A DNA stretch of 64,000 nt from NCBI GenBank assembly GCA_965220965.1, contig OZ244852.1, positions 2,656,001 to 2,720,000 on the forward strand. Direction: 5' to 3'. The position numbers were made by a program, and so were the translations under genes. Under the pieces are notes generated by a model. It did not search any database. It was not told the DNA's origin and worked only from the letters and a program-made list of their open reading frames with translations. The stretch comes from Candidatus Marinacidobacterium sp. GTDB taxonomy: Bacteria > Acidobacteriota > Vicinamibacteria > Marinacidobacterales > Marinacidobacteraceae. Shown piece after piece: positions 21,781 to 30,572 of this stretch; positions within the stretch are counted from its first letter, which is position 1; every line of letters starts with the position of its first letter.

Positions 21781-22460
21781 TGCCCCGTCCCCGCGCCGCG
21801 TTTCGCGTCCTCCCGACGGCCCCCGGGCACGCCGGGCCGCTGGCTGCGCTCCAGGCGATCATCTTTCCCGATCTGGCCGCCTCGGAGCGCTTCGGAGCGG
21901 AGCACTACCTTCGCCACCTCGACGTCTTCCCCGACGGCCAGTTCGTCGCGGTCCCGGAGGATGATCCGGGCCGCCCGGTCGCCGCCACGACGACGCTCCG
22001 CGTCCACTTCGATTTCGACGCAACGAATCACACGTTCCGGGAAGCCATCGGCGGCCTCGGTCTCGAGGCCCATCGCCCGGACGGTCCCTGGCTCTACGGC
22101 GCGGACCTCGGCGTCCATCCCGACTGGCGTCGCCGGGGAGTCGCCCGCGCCCTCTACCAGGCCCGCCGGGACGCCGCCCGGCGACTGGGTCTGCGGGGCG
22201 AGATCATCGTGGGTCTGCTGAACGGCTACGGCGCCGCCGCCGACCGCATGACGGCGGACGCCTACTACCAGGCGCTCCTCGCCGGCGACCTGACCGACCC
22301 GACGGTCTCGGTGCAGATGCGGCTCGGGTTCCGCCCCCGCGGCCTGCTTCCCGGCTACGTGGCGGACACCCGCTGCCGCGGATTCGGCGTGCTCCTCGTT
22401 CGCCCGCTCTCGCCCCGCGCCGTCGGCTCGGCGGATTCAGAAGACCGGGACGCGCAATAG
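21777..22460 (+). CDS. GNAT family N-acetyltransferase
   Basis: LYGADLGVHPDWRRRGVARALY acetyl-CoA-binding motif. Confidence 0.85.
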   Translation: MMPRPRAAFRVLPTAPGHAGPLAALQAIIFPDLAASERFGAEHYLRHLDVFPDGQFVAVPEDDPGRPVAATTTLRVHFDFDATNHTFREAIGGLGLEAHRPDGPWLYGADLGVHPDWRRRGVARALYQARRDAARRLGLRGEIIVGLLNGYGAAADRMTADAYYQALLAGDLTDPTVSVQMRLGFRPRGLLPGYVADTRCRGFGVLLVRPLSPRAVGSADSEDRDAQ

Positions 22461-22540
22461 ACTTGGAGCGCTGTCCCCGCGAAGGGAACCCGTCCCTTCC
22501 GTGAGCCGTTTCCTTACGGAGACCGAAGCGAACCGAAGCG

Positions 22541-23770
22541 ATGAATTCCCGACCATCCGACCGCCTCTCCGAACTCCGGATCAAGGAAGAGCATCGGGGA
22601 TCCCGGCCGATCGCGCTGATCACCGCCGGGATCGGAGCGCTCGTCATCGCCGCCGGGGCGGTCGCGGGCGTTCTTCTGCTGCGGTCCGGAACCGAGATCC
22701 CGGAGGTCCGGACCGCCAGGGTGCGCTCGGTGAGCATGTCCGTCGGGTCCACCGTTCTCAACGCGAGCGGCTACGTGACCGCCCGGCGCCAGGCCACCGT
22801 CTCCTCCAAGATGGCGGGCCAGATCACCGAGATCCTGATCGAGGAGGGAATGGAGGTCGAGGCGGGGCAGGTGCTCGCCCGCCTCGACTCCTCGAACCTG
22901 ACCCGCAGCCTTCGCCTCGCGGAGGCGCAGGCGGCGGCCGCGGAAAAGGCCGTCGCCGAGATCGAGGCCCAGTTGGCCGAGGCGGTCCTGCGTCAGGAAC
23001 GGACCCGGCGTCTCGTCGGGGAAGCCGTGCTCGGCCAGGCGGACCTCGATTCGGTGAACGCCGAAGTCGCGACGCTCGAGGCGCGGATCGAGCGCCAGCG
23101 GGCCGACATCCTCGCCTCGGAACGCTCGGCGGACGTGATCCGGCAGCAGATCGACGACACCGTGATCCGCGCGCCCTTCGACGGCGTGATCACCGCCAAG
23201 AACGCGCAGACCGGCGAGATGATGTCGCCGATCGCCGGCGGCGCCGGATTCACCCGGACCGGGGTCGGCACCATCGTGGACATGGACTCCCGCGAGATCG
23301 AGGTGGACGTCAACGAGGCCTTCATCAACCGCGTCTCGCCGGACCAGCCGGTGGAGGCGGTGCTCGATTCCTACGAGGACTGGTCGATCCCGGCGCGGGT
23401 CATCGCGATCATTCCGACCGCTGACCGGGACCGGGCCACCGTCCGGGTCCGGATCGCATTCGAGGAACTGGATCCGCGTATCCTGCCGGACATGGGCGTG
23501 CGGGTGAGCTTCCGCACGACGGAGATCGAGGAAGCGGAGGCCCCCGAAGGGCTTCTGGTTCCGGCCGCCGCGGTGTTCGAGGACACCGGCCGCGACCTGG
23601 TGTATCTGGTCCGCGATGGGCGGGTCCAGCGGCGCGCGGTGCGGCTCGGCGACCCCTCGGGGTCCGATCTCTACGTGCTCTCCGGGCTGGTGGAGGGCGA
23701 CCGGGTCGTTGTGAGTCCCCCGGAGGGGCTCGCCGACGGGCTCGAAGTCCTGGAAGCGCCGGCGTCCTGA
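22541..23770 (+). CDS. Efflux membrane-fusion (periplasmic adaptor) protein
   Basis: N-terminal TM, lipoyl-like halves (EEGMEVEAGQVLARLD; IRAPFDGVI), coiled coil. Confidence 0.93.
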   Translation: MNSRPSDRLSELRIKEEHRGSRPIALITAGIGALVIAAGAVAGVLLLRSGTEIPEVRTARVRSVSMSVGSTVLNASGYVTARRQATVSSKMAGQITEILIEEGMEVEAGQVLARLDSSNLTRSLRLAEAQAAAAEKAVAEIEAQLAEAVLRQERTRRLVGEAVLGQADLDSVNAEVATLEARIERQRADILASERSADVIRQQIDDTVIRAPFDGVITAKNAQTGEMMSPIAGGAGFTRTGVGTIVDMDSREIEVDVNEAFINRVSPDQPVEAVLDSYEDWSIPARVIAIIPTADRDRATVRVRIAFEELDPRILPDMGVRVSFRTTEIEEAEAPEGLLVPAAAVFEDTGRDLVYLVRDGRVQRRAVRLGDPSGSDLYVLSGLVEGDRVVVSPPEGLADGLEVLEAPAS

Positions 23771-23807
23771 TCGGGCCACCAGGCGGTCCCCACACAAGGA
23801 GAATCCC

Positions 23808-24530
23808 ATGAGCGAACAGGAGACGGCCGGGGAACCCCGCCCGATGGTGGAGGTCCGCGGAGTCCACCGCACCTTCCGGCGAGGCAAGACCGCGGTTCCG
23901 GTCCTTCGCGACCTCGACCTGACGATCGCCGAAGGCGAGTTCGTGGCCCTGATGGGTCCCTCCGGCTCCGGAAAGTCCACGCTGCTGAACCTGATCGCCG
24001 GGCTGGACCGGCCCGACGGCGGCGAGGTCGTCGTGGGCGGTTCCCCCATCCACCAGATGTCGGAACGGCGGCTCGCCGCCTGGAGGGCCCGCAACATCGG
24101 GTTCGTCTTCCAGTTCTCGAACCTGCTCGCCGGGCTGAACGCCTCGCGGAACGTCGCGCTTCCGCTGCTTCTGACCTCGTTCTCCGGCGCCGAGCGGCGC
24201 AACCGGGTCAACATCGCGCTCGAGATCGTGGGCCTCGCCGATCGCGCCGCGCACCGGCCCCGGGAGCTGTCCGGCGGTGAGCAGCAGCGGGTCGGGATCG
24301 CCCGCGCGCTGGTGAACGACCCGGCGCTCCTCGTCTGCGACGAGCCCACCGGTGACCTGGATCGCCGCACCAGCGGCGAGGTGCTCGACCTGCTCGTGGC
24401 GCTCAACCGCGATCACCAGAAGACGATCCTCATGGTGACGCACGATCCGGAAGCGGCGGCCCGCGCATCCCGCCTCCTCCACATGGTGGACGGCCAGTTG
24501 TCGGCGGTCGCCGAGGACATCGCCGCATGA
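23808..24530 (+). CDS. ABC transporter ATP-binding protein (LolD/MacB-like)
   Basis: GPSGSGKST, LSGGEQQRV, DEPTGDLD, VTHD. Confidence 0.96.
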   Translation: MSEQETAGEPRPMVEVRGVHRTFRRGKTAVPVLRDLDLTIAEGEFVALMGPSGSGKSTLLNLIAGLDRPDGGEVVVGGSPIHQMSERRLAAWRARNIGFVFQFSNLLAGLNASRNVALPLLLTSFSGAERRNRVNIALEIVGLADRAAHRPRELSGGEQQRVGIARALVNDPALLVCDEPTGDLDRRTSGEVLDLLVALNRDHQKTILMVTHDPEAAARASRLLHMVDGQLSAVAEDIAA

Positions 24531-25690
24531 GTTCCTTCACGCTCGTGAGCGCCGCGCTTCGGCGGAAGAAGACGCGGACCTTCCTCACCTTCTCGTCGGT
24601 GGTGTTCGCGTTCCTGCTGTTCGGCGTGCTGTCGATGCTGGAGTCCGCCTTCTCGATGGGGGTCGAGATCGCGCGGGAGGACCGGCTGGTCGTCCGCCAC
24701 CGGGTCTCGCTGTTCCAGTTGCTGCCGCAGTCCTACGAGGCGGACATGGAGGAGGTCCCCGGGGTCGTGGACGCCATGCACATGACCTGGTTCGGCGGGG
24801 TCTACCAGGACCCGGCGAACTTCTTCATGCAGTCGCCGGTGGAGCCCGCCGAGTTCCTCGCCATGTATCCCGAGTACACGGTGTCCGACGAGGCGAAAGC
24901 GCGGTGGATCGCGACCCGGGATGGCGCGATCGTGGGCCGGGCCACCGCCGAGCGGTTCGGCTGGGAAGTCGGCGACCGCGTTCCCATCCAGCCCACGATC
25001 TGGTTCCTCGAGGGCCGTCCCGACACCGACGCCTGGGAGTTCGAGATCGTCGGCATCTACGAGACGACCGTCGAAGGCGGAGACCAGACCCAGATGCTCT
25101 TCCGCTACGACTACTTCGACGAGGCGCGATCCTACGGTCGCGGCCAGGTCGGCTGGTATGCGGTCCGCGTCGCCGACCCGGATCAGGCGGCCGCGGTCGC
25201 GAACGCGATCGACGCCACGTTCCAGAACTCGGCGGCCGAAACCAAGAGCGAGCCCGAGGGGGCCTTCGCCGCCGGTTTCGCCAACCAGGTGGGCAACATC
25301 GGGCTGATCGTCCGGTCGGTTCTGGCCGCGGTGTTCTTCACGATCCTGCTGGTCGCCGGCAACACCATGGCCCAGTCGGTGCGGGAGCGGGTTGGCGAGA
25401 TCGGGCTGCTCAAGGCCATCGGCTTCACCGGCGCCCGGGTGCAGCGGCTGATCCTCCTCGAATCGGTCGTTCTGGTGACGACCGCCGGATTCCTCGGCAT
25501 GATGATCTCGGCGGGGGTCGGCCAGGGGATGGCGGCGGCCCTCTCGGCCTACCTGCCCGGACTGGTCCTTCGCCCCGAGGACCTGCTGCTGGGCCTCGGC
25601 CTCGCGGTGATCACCGGTCTGGTGGTCGGCGTCTTCCCGGCGCGCCGCGCGATGAGAGCGCCCACCGCGTTCGCGCTCCGGCGGTTGTAA
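24527..25690 (+). CDS. ABC transporter permease (MacB/FtsX family)
   Basis: TM1, large periplasmic domain, three TMs; ERVGEIGLLKAIGF. Confidence 0.92.
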   Translation: MSSFTLVSAALRRKKTRTFLTFSSVVFAFLLFGVLSMLESAFSMGVEIAREDRLVVRHRVSLFQLLPQSYEADMEEVPGVVDAMHMTWFGGVYQDPANFFMQSPVEPAEFLAMYPEYTVSDEAKARWIATRDGAIVGRATAERFGWEVGDRVPIQPTIWFLEGRPDTDAWEFEIVGIYETTVEGGDQTQMLFRYDYFDEARSYGRGQVGWYAVRVADPDQAAAVANAIDATFQNSAAETKSEPEGAFAAGFANQVGNIGLIVRSVLAAVFFTILLVAGNTMAQSVRERVGEIGLLKAIGFTGARVQRLILLESVVLVTTAGFLGMMISAGVGQGMAAALSAYLPGLVLRPEDLLLGLGLAVITGLVVGVFPARRAMRAPTAFALRRL

Positions 25691-25703
25691 GGGGACCCGG
25701 CTG

Positions 25704-26900
25704 ATGCGACTCGCCTCCTTCCTTCGCCAGTGCCAGGCGGTGACGGTCTACAACCTCTCGACGGTGTGGCAGCGCCGCAGCATCTCGCTCGTCGCCGTCT
25801 TCGGCATCGCGGCCGTCGCCGGCGTGCTGGTGGCGGTGCTCTCGATGGCCGCCGGGTTCCGCCAGGTGGTCACCGGCCAGGCGCGGGACGAGGTGGCCGT
25901 CGTCCTGCGGGGGGGCATGACCGCGGAGACCTCGAGCATCCTCTCCCGCGAGGACATCCAGGTCCTCGAGGCGGCGCCCGGCGTGGCGCGCGGGCCCTCG
26001 GGCCTGCTCGTCTCGCCCGAGCTCTTCGTCATCATCGACCGCCAGAAGATCGGGGTCGGCACCGACGCCAACGTCCCGTTGCGGGGCGTCGAGCCGAGCG
26101 CCTACGAGGTGCGCGGCGGCATCGAGGTCGTCGAGGGGCGTCGATTCGAGCCGGGCCGCAACGAGGTGATCGTCGGGGTGGCCGCGGCGGCGACCTTCGA
26201 GGGTCTGGCCGTGGGAGAGACGATCGATGTGGGCCGCGCCTCCTGGGAGGTCGTGGGCCACTTCACCGGCGGCGGAAGCCTCTGGGAGTCCGAGATCTGG
26301 ACGGACACCCGGGTTCTCCAGCAGATGTACCAGCGGGGCAATTCGTTCAACTCAGCGCTGGTGCGGCTGACCGACGCCGGGGAGTTCGAGCAGTTCCGCG
26401 ATGCGCTCGAGAACGACCCGCGGGTCAACCTTTCGGTGATGACCCAGACGACCTATCTCGCCCAGCAGTCCGAGGTGATCGAGGTCTTCATCTCGATCCT
26501 CGGATGGTTCGTGGTGGCGATGATGTCCGTCGGGGCGGTCTTCGCGGCGCTCAACACGATGTACGCCGCCGTGTCCTCCCGCGCCCGCGAGATCGCCACG
26601 CTCCGCGCCCTCGGCTTCGCCCGGCTTCCGGTCATGTTCTCGGTGGTCAGCGAGTCGGTGGTGTTCGCGCTCGTCGGCGCGCTGCTCGGCGGGACCGCCT
26701 CCTGGCTCATGTTCGACGGCTTCCGGGCCGCGACGATCAACTGGGCGTCCTTCAGCCAGGTGGCCTTCGCGTTCGAGGTCACGCCGGACCTGCTGGCGCA
26801 GGCCACCGTCCTGGCGCTCGTCATCGGCGGCATCGGCGGCTTCCTCCCGGCGGTGGGGGCCGTCCGCCGCAGCGTCGTCGGATCTCTCCGAGAGCAGTAG
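25704..26900 (+). CDS. ABC transporter permease (MacB/FtsX family)
   Basis: NTMYAAVSSRAREIATLRALGF; same topology as upstream permease. Confidence 0.92.
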   Translation: MRLASFLRQCQAVTVYNLSTVWQRRSISLVAVFGIAAVAGVLVAVLSMAAGFRQVVTGQARDEVAVVLRGGMTAETSSILSREDIQVLEAAPGVARGPSGLLVSPELFVIIDRQKIGVGTDANVPLRGVEPSAYEVRGGIEVVEGRRFEPGRNEVIVGVAAAATFEGLAVGETIDVGRASWEVVGHFTGGGSLWESEIWTDTRVLQQMYQRGNSFNSALVRLTDAGEFEQFRDALENDPRVNLSVMTQTTYLAQQSEVIEVFISILGWFVVAMMSVGAVFAALNTMYAAVSSRAREIATLRALGFARLPVMFSVVSESVVFALVGALLGGTASWLMFDGFRAATINWASFSQVAFAFEVTPDLLAQATVLALVIGGIGGFLPAVGAVRRSVVGSLREQ

Positions 26901-26913
26901 AACTACGGGCCAG

Positions 26914-26986
26914 GAATCGAAACTTGCGCTCCGCGCCAAGTTCCGATTCGAGCGTACGAATAGCGGGAGGGGGTTCCCCCCTCCCG
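26914..26986. repeat. Two adjacent palindromes (REP/MITE-like)
   Basis: GAATCG-AAACTTG-cgctccgcgc-CAAGTT-CCGATTC and CGGGAGGGGG-tt-CCCCCCTCCCG. Confidence 0.45.
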
Positions 26987-26990
26987 AACC

Positions 26991-27269
26991 CACCCCCGAG
27001 GGAGCACGAGGAACGGCGCGTGCTCCCGGCCCTGGATCAGGACAAGCCACGGAATGCGATCCGATCCAGGATCACCGTGATGATTAGCGCTGGGACCCAG
27101 TGGATAGACACGCCCAGCAACGCGGCGCTCCCACTTTCTGGGTCCACCCTCGAGGGGGGCGCGACGAACGGCGCGCGCCCGGCGGATCAGGACAGGCTGA
27201 GGAACACCAGCCGGTCGGCGATCACCAGCGCCAGCAGCGCCGGGACCCAGAGGATCGAGACCCTCAGCA
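26991..27269 (-). repeat. Diverged direct duplication of the ctaB 3' end plus downstream hairpin (copy A 26991-27119; copy B 27145-27269)
   Basis: Gap-free alignment of 27034-27119 with 27184-27269 (offset 150 bp), about 60/86 identical by hand count; both stop codons followed by related hairpins. Confidence 0.85.
27037..27147 (-). CDS. Putative 36-aa membrane peptide, or pseudogenic copy of the CtaB C-terminal helix
   Basis: GTG-start ORF MDPESGSAALLGVSIHWVPALIITVILDRIAFRGLS*; 16/27 aa identical to the CtaB C-terminus. Confidence 0.35.
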   Translation of the reverse strand: MDPESGSAALLGVSIHWVPALIITVILDRIAFRGLS

Positions 27270-28083
27270 CCCGGCGGGCGTCCGGGACGCTCCGGCCCCG
27301 AAAGAAGCGGATCGCGGCGGTCAGCGACCACATCCCGAGGCCGATCGCGCCCCCGAAGTAGACGGCCCCGGTCAGCCCGAGCGCCGTCGGCCACAGGCTC
27401 GCCACGACCAGGACGGCCGCGGATCCCACGATCCAGAGCGCGGTGGCGAGCCCGGAGGGATCGGCGGAGGGAAGCATCCGGAAGCCGCCCCGCTCGTAGT
27501 CCTCCCGGTGGATCCACGCGATGGCCAGCGCGTGCGGCATCTGCCAGGCGGCGAGGATCGCGAAGGTGGCGGCGCCTCTCCAGCCGATCGCCCCGGTCGC
27601 CGCCGTCCAGCCGCAGAGCGCCGGCAGCGCGCCCGGAACCGTCCCGACGAGCGTGTTCCAGGTCGAGCGGGACTTCAGCGGGGTGTAGACGGCCAGGTAG
27701 AGAACGACGCTGGCCATCGCCAGCGTCGCGGTGAGCGGGTTGACCAGCAGCGCCAGCAGGACGCCCCCGGCGCCGGCGAGCCCGATTCCCAGCCAGAGCG
27801 CCGCGCCTGGCGAGAGCCGACCCGACGGCAGCGGCCGGCTGCGGGTGCGCCGCATCCGCGCGTCGCGGTCCCGCTCCGCCCAGTGGTTCAGCGCCCCCGC
27901 CCCGGCGCTCGCGAGCGCGATGCCGGGGAGGAGAAACACCAGTCGGACGAGGTCCGGGGGGCCGGGAGCGAGCAGGAATCCAAGCGCCGCCGCCAGTGCG
28001 ACCAGCAGCGTGATCTCGGGCTTCGCCAGCTCGACCAGCGGGCGGAGGCCGGGGCCCCCGCCGCCCGCAGCGCTCCCGGTCAG
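27187..28083 (-). CDS. ctaB: Protoheme IX farnesyltransferase (heme O synthase); probable CTG start
   Basis: ELAKP, LNHWAERDRDARMRRTRSRPLPSG, YTPLKSR, WQMPH, DYERGGFRML; no ATG/GTG/TTG between the dcp stop and TM1. Confidence 0.9.
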   Translation of the reverse strand: MTGSAAGGGGPGLRPLVELAKPEITLLVALAAALGFLLAPGPPDLVRLVFLLPGIALASAGAGALNHWAERDRDARMRRTRSRPLPSGRLSPGAALWLGIGLAGAGGVLLALLVNPLTATLAMASVVLYLAVYTPLKSRSTWNTLVGTVPGALPALCGWTAATGAIGWRGAATFAILAAWQMPHALAIAWIHREDYERGGFRMLPSADPSGLATALWIVGSAAVLVVASLWPTALGLTGAVYFGGAIGLGMWSLTAAIRFFRGRSVPDARRVLRVSILWVPALLALVIADRLVFLSLS

Positions 28084-30203
28084 TTCAGCCCGCGTCGCCG
28101 CAGCAGCGGCTCCACTTCGGCGTCGCGGCCGCGGAAGGTCCGGAAGAGATCCATCGCCTCCACGCTGCCGCCCTTCGACAGCAGCGTGGCGCGGAAGTGG
28201 TCCCCGTTCTCCCGCATCAGTCCTCCGTTCTCGCGGAACCACTCGACGGAGTCGGCGTCGAGCACTTCGCTCCAGATGTAGGAGTAGTAGCCGGCGGAGT
28301 AGCCGCTTCCCCAGATATGGGAGAAGTAGGTGCTGCGGTAGCGCGGCGGAACCGGAGGGAACGCCACGCCGGCGGCCTCGAGCGCCGCCTCCTCGAAGGC
28401 GAGCGCGCTGGCCGCGTCCGGCGTCTCCCCGGGAGCGAGCTGGTGCCAGGCGAGATCGAGCAGGGTGGCCGCCAGGTACTCGGTCGTGGCGAAGCCCTGG
28501 TTGAAGGTCCGGCTCTCGAGAACCCGGTCGAGCAGTTCTCCCGGGATGGGCTCGCCGGTTTCGTGGTGGACCGCGTAGTTCCGGAGCACCTCCGGCCAGG
28601 TCGCCCACATCTCGTTCACCTGCGACGGGTACTCCACGAAGTCGCGCGGGACCGAGGTTCCGGAGAAGGTCGGGTACTCCACCGCCGAGAAGAGTCCGTG
28701 GAGCGCGTGCCCGAACTCGTGGAACAGCGTGATGACCTCGTCGAAGGTGAGCAGGGTGGGCTCTCCGTCGGGGGGCTTCGGGACGTTCAGATGGTTCGCC
28801 ACCACCGGCTGCGTCCCCATCAGGCCCGACTGCGACACGTAGGAGTTCATCCAGGCGCCGCCGCGCTTCGAAGGACGGGCGTAGAAGTCGGCGAGGAAGA
28901 GGCCGAGCGAGGTCCCGTCCTCTTCGAACACTTCCCAGATCCGCACATCCGGGTGGTAGACCGGGAGCTCGGGCCGCTCCTCGAAGCGCAGCCCGTAGAG
29001 CTGCGTGGCGGCGAAGAAGGCGCCGTTGACCAGGACGCTGTCCATTTCGAAGTAGGGGCGAAGCTCGGACTCATCGAAGGCGTACCGCTCGGCGCGGAGC
29101 TTCTCGGTGTAGTAGTCCCAGTCCCACGCGGCGATCTCGATCTCGTCGCCGAGGCTGGACGCGAGCGCCTGGAGGTCGGCGGCCTCCCGGCGGGCGTTCG
29201 CCACCGCCCGGGGGGCGAGGTCGGCGAGGCGCGCGTTGACCGCATCGGCGGTCTGCGCCGTCTGCTCCTCGAGGATGAAGGCGGCGTGATGGGGGTAGCC
29301 GAGGAGATCGGCCCGCTCGGCCCGGAGTTCGGCGATCCGGGTGATGACCTCGCGGTTGTCGAACTCCCCGCCGCGGCTGCCGCGCCCCAGCGAGGTCCGC
29401 ATGATGTGCTCCCGGAGCGTTCGGTCCTCGAGCGAGGAGAGCGCGGGCTGGCCGCTGGTGTTCAGGAGCGGGAGGACGAATCCTTCGAGATCTCGCGCCT
29501 TCGCGGCCTCGGCGGCCGCCGCGATCTGGCCCTCGGAGAGCCCGGCGAGCTCCTCCTCGGTGTCCACCACGATCCGGGAGGCGTTCACCTCGTCGAGAGT
29601 GTTCTGGTTGAACCGGGCGCCCAGCGAGGCGAGTTCGCCATTGATCTCCCGCATGCGGGCCTGCCCCGCCTCGTCCAGCCGGGCGCCGGCCCGCACGAAG
29701 TCGCGCCGGTAGCGCTCGATCAGCCGGATCGCCTCGGGGCTGAGCCCCAGGTTCTCCCGGTCCTCGTAGAGCGCCTCGACCCTCGCGAAGAGCGCCGGGT
29801 TCAGCAGGATGTCGTCGGAGTGGGCCGCCAGCTTCGGCGCCATCTCGGCGCGGATCTCGTTGATCGCGTCGTTCGTGTCCGCGGACGCCAGGCTGAAGAA
29901 CACCCGGGCGACCCGGTCGAGGAGCTGTCCCGACCGTTCGAGCGCCACGATCGTGTTGTCGAACGTGGGAGAGTCCGCCTCCGAGGCGATCGCTCCGATC
30001 TCGGCGATCTGCTCCTCCATCCCCCGCTCGAACGCCGGGCGATAGTGGTCGTTCGTGATCCGGTCGAAGGGCGGAAGCCGGTAGGGCAGCGGGCTCTCGG
30101 CGAAGAACGGGTTCTCGGACATGGACGGCTCGGGGGCGCCCGTCTCACCGCACCCCGCGAAGAGCGCGGCGACAACGGCGATCGGGAGGCTGGAACGAAG
30201 CAT
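28080..30203 (-). CDS. dcp: M3 family metallopeptidase (peptidyl-dipeptidase Dcp-like), lipoprotein signal
   Basis: HEFGHALH, DFVEYPSQ, GYSAGYYSYIWSEVLDAD; lipobox LFAGC. Confidence 0.94.
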   Translation of the reverse strand: MLRSSLPIAVVAALFAGCGETGAPEPSMSENPFFAESPLPYRLPPFDRITNDHYRPAFERGMEEQIAEIGAIASEADSPTFDNTIVALERSGQLLDRVARVFFSLASADTNDAINEIRAEMAPKLAAHSDDILLNPALFARVEALYEDRENLGLSPEAIRLIERYRRDFVRAGARLDEAGQARMREINGELASLGARFNQNTLDEVNASRIVVDTEEELAGLSEGQIAAAAEAAKARDLEGFVLPLLNTSGQPALSSLEDRTLREHIMRTSLGRGSRGGEFDNREVITRIAELRAERADLLGYPHHAAFILEEQTAQTADAVNARLADLAPRAVANARREAADLQALASSLGDEIEIAAWDWDYYTEKLRAERYAFDESELRPYFEMDSVLVNGAFFAATQLYGLRFEERPELPVYHPDVRIWEVFEEDGTSLGLFLADFYARPSKRGGAWMNSYVSQSGLMGTQPVVANHLNVPKPPDGEPTLLTFDEVITLFHEFGHALHGLFSAVEYPTFSGTSVPRDFVEYPSQVNEMWATWPEVLRNYAVHHETGEPIPGELLDRVLESRTFNQGFATTEYLAATLLDLAWHQLAPGETPDAASALAFEEAALEAAGVAFPPVPPRYRSTYFSHIWGSGYSAGYYSYIWSEVLDADSVEWFRENGGLMRENGDHFRATLLSKGGSVEAMDLFRTFRGRDAEVEPLLRRRGLN

Positions 30204-30215
30204 GGGGTTCCTCCT

Positions 30216-30299
30216 TCATCTCGACGGACGGCCCGCCGAGGCGTCAATTGTGGCGCGAGCCCGAATCCCGCGCCGCGAGCCGTTCGGCCCCGCGATCAA
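30216..30299 (-). pseudogene. Possible remnant of a zeta-toxin-like P-loop gene
   Basis: TTGA overlap with the antitoxin stop; MIAGPNGS then diverges and stops after 27 aa. Confidence 0.3.
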
Positions 30300-30553
30300 C
30301 GGGTGGTCCCGCCAGGGCGGGGAGGCGCCCGCATGGGTTCCCGGGGATCGAATTCGAGTTCGACTCCTCCGAGCGGCTCGAAGATGGCGCGGATCGCGGT
30401 TCCTTCGCCTTCCGCCCCCAGATGCTCCGCGGCGACCGCCAGATTCAGGATCCGCCGCGCCTCTTCCGCCAGCGAGACCCCGTGGCGGGCCGCCCGGACG
30501 CGCAGCCTCTCTTTCATGCGGGGGTCGAGATTCCGGATCGTCAGGTTCGCCAT
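30296..30553 (-). CDS. FitA-like ribbon-helix-helix antitoxin (orphan)
   Basis: MANLTIRNLDPRMKERLRVRAARHGVSLAEEARRIL; GAGGA upstream. Confidence 0.85.
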   Translation of the reverse strand: MANLTIRNLDPRMKERLRVRAARHGVSLAEEARRILNLAVAAEHLGAEGEGTAIRAIFEPLGGVELEFDPREPMRAPPRPGGTTR

Positions 30554-30572
30554 CGTTCGATCCTCCTGTCGC

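Noticed and set aside
22522-22541. Tandem 10-mer ACCGAAGCGA x2 just before the efflux adaptor start
   Set aside because: Only two units with no spacer; not an array and no function can be supported
26991-27269. ctaB duplication as a diversity-generating retroelement TR/VR pair
   Set aside because: Mismatches are not confined to adenines on either strand, many are synonymous, and there is no reverse transcriptase in the window
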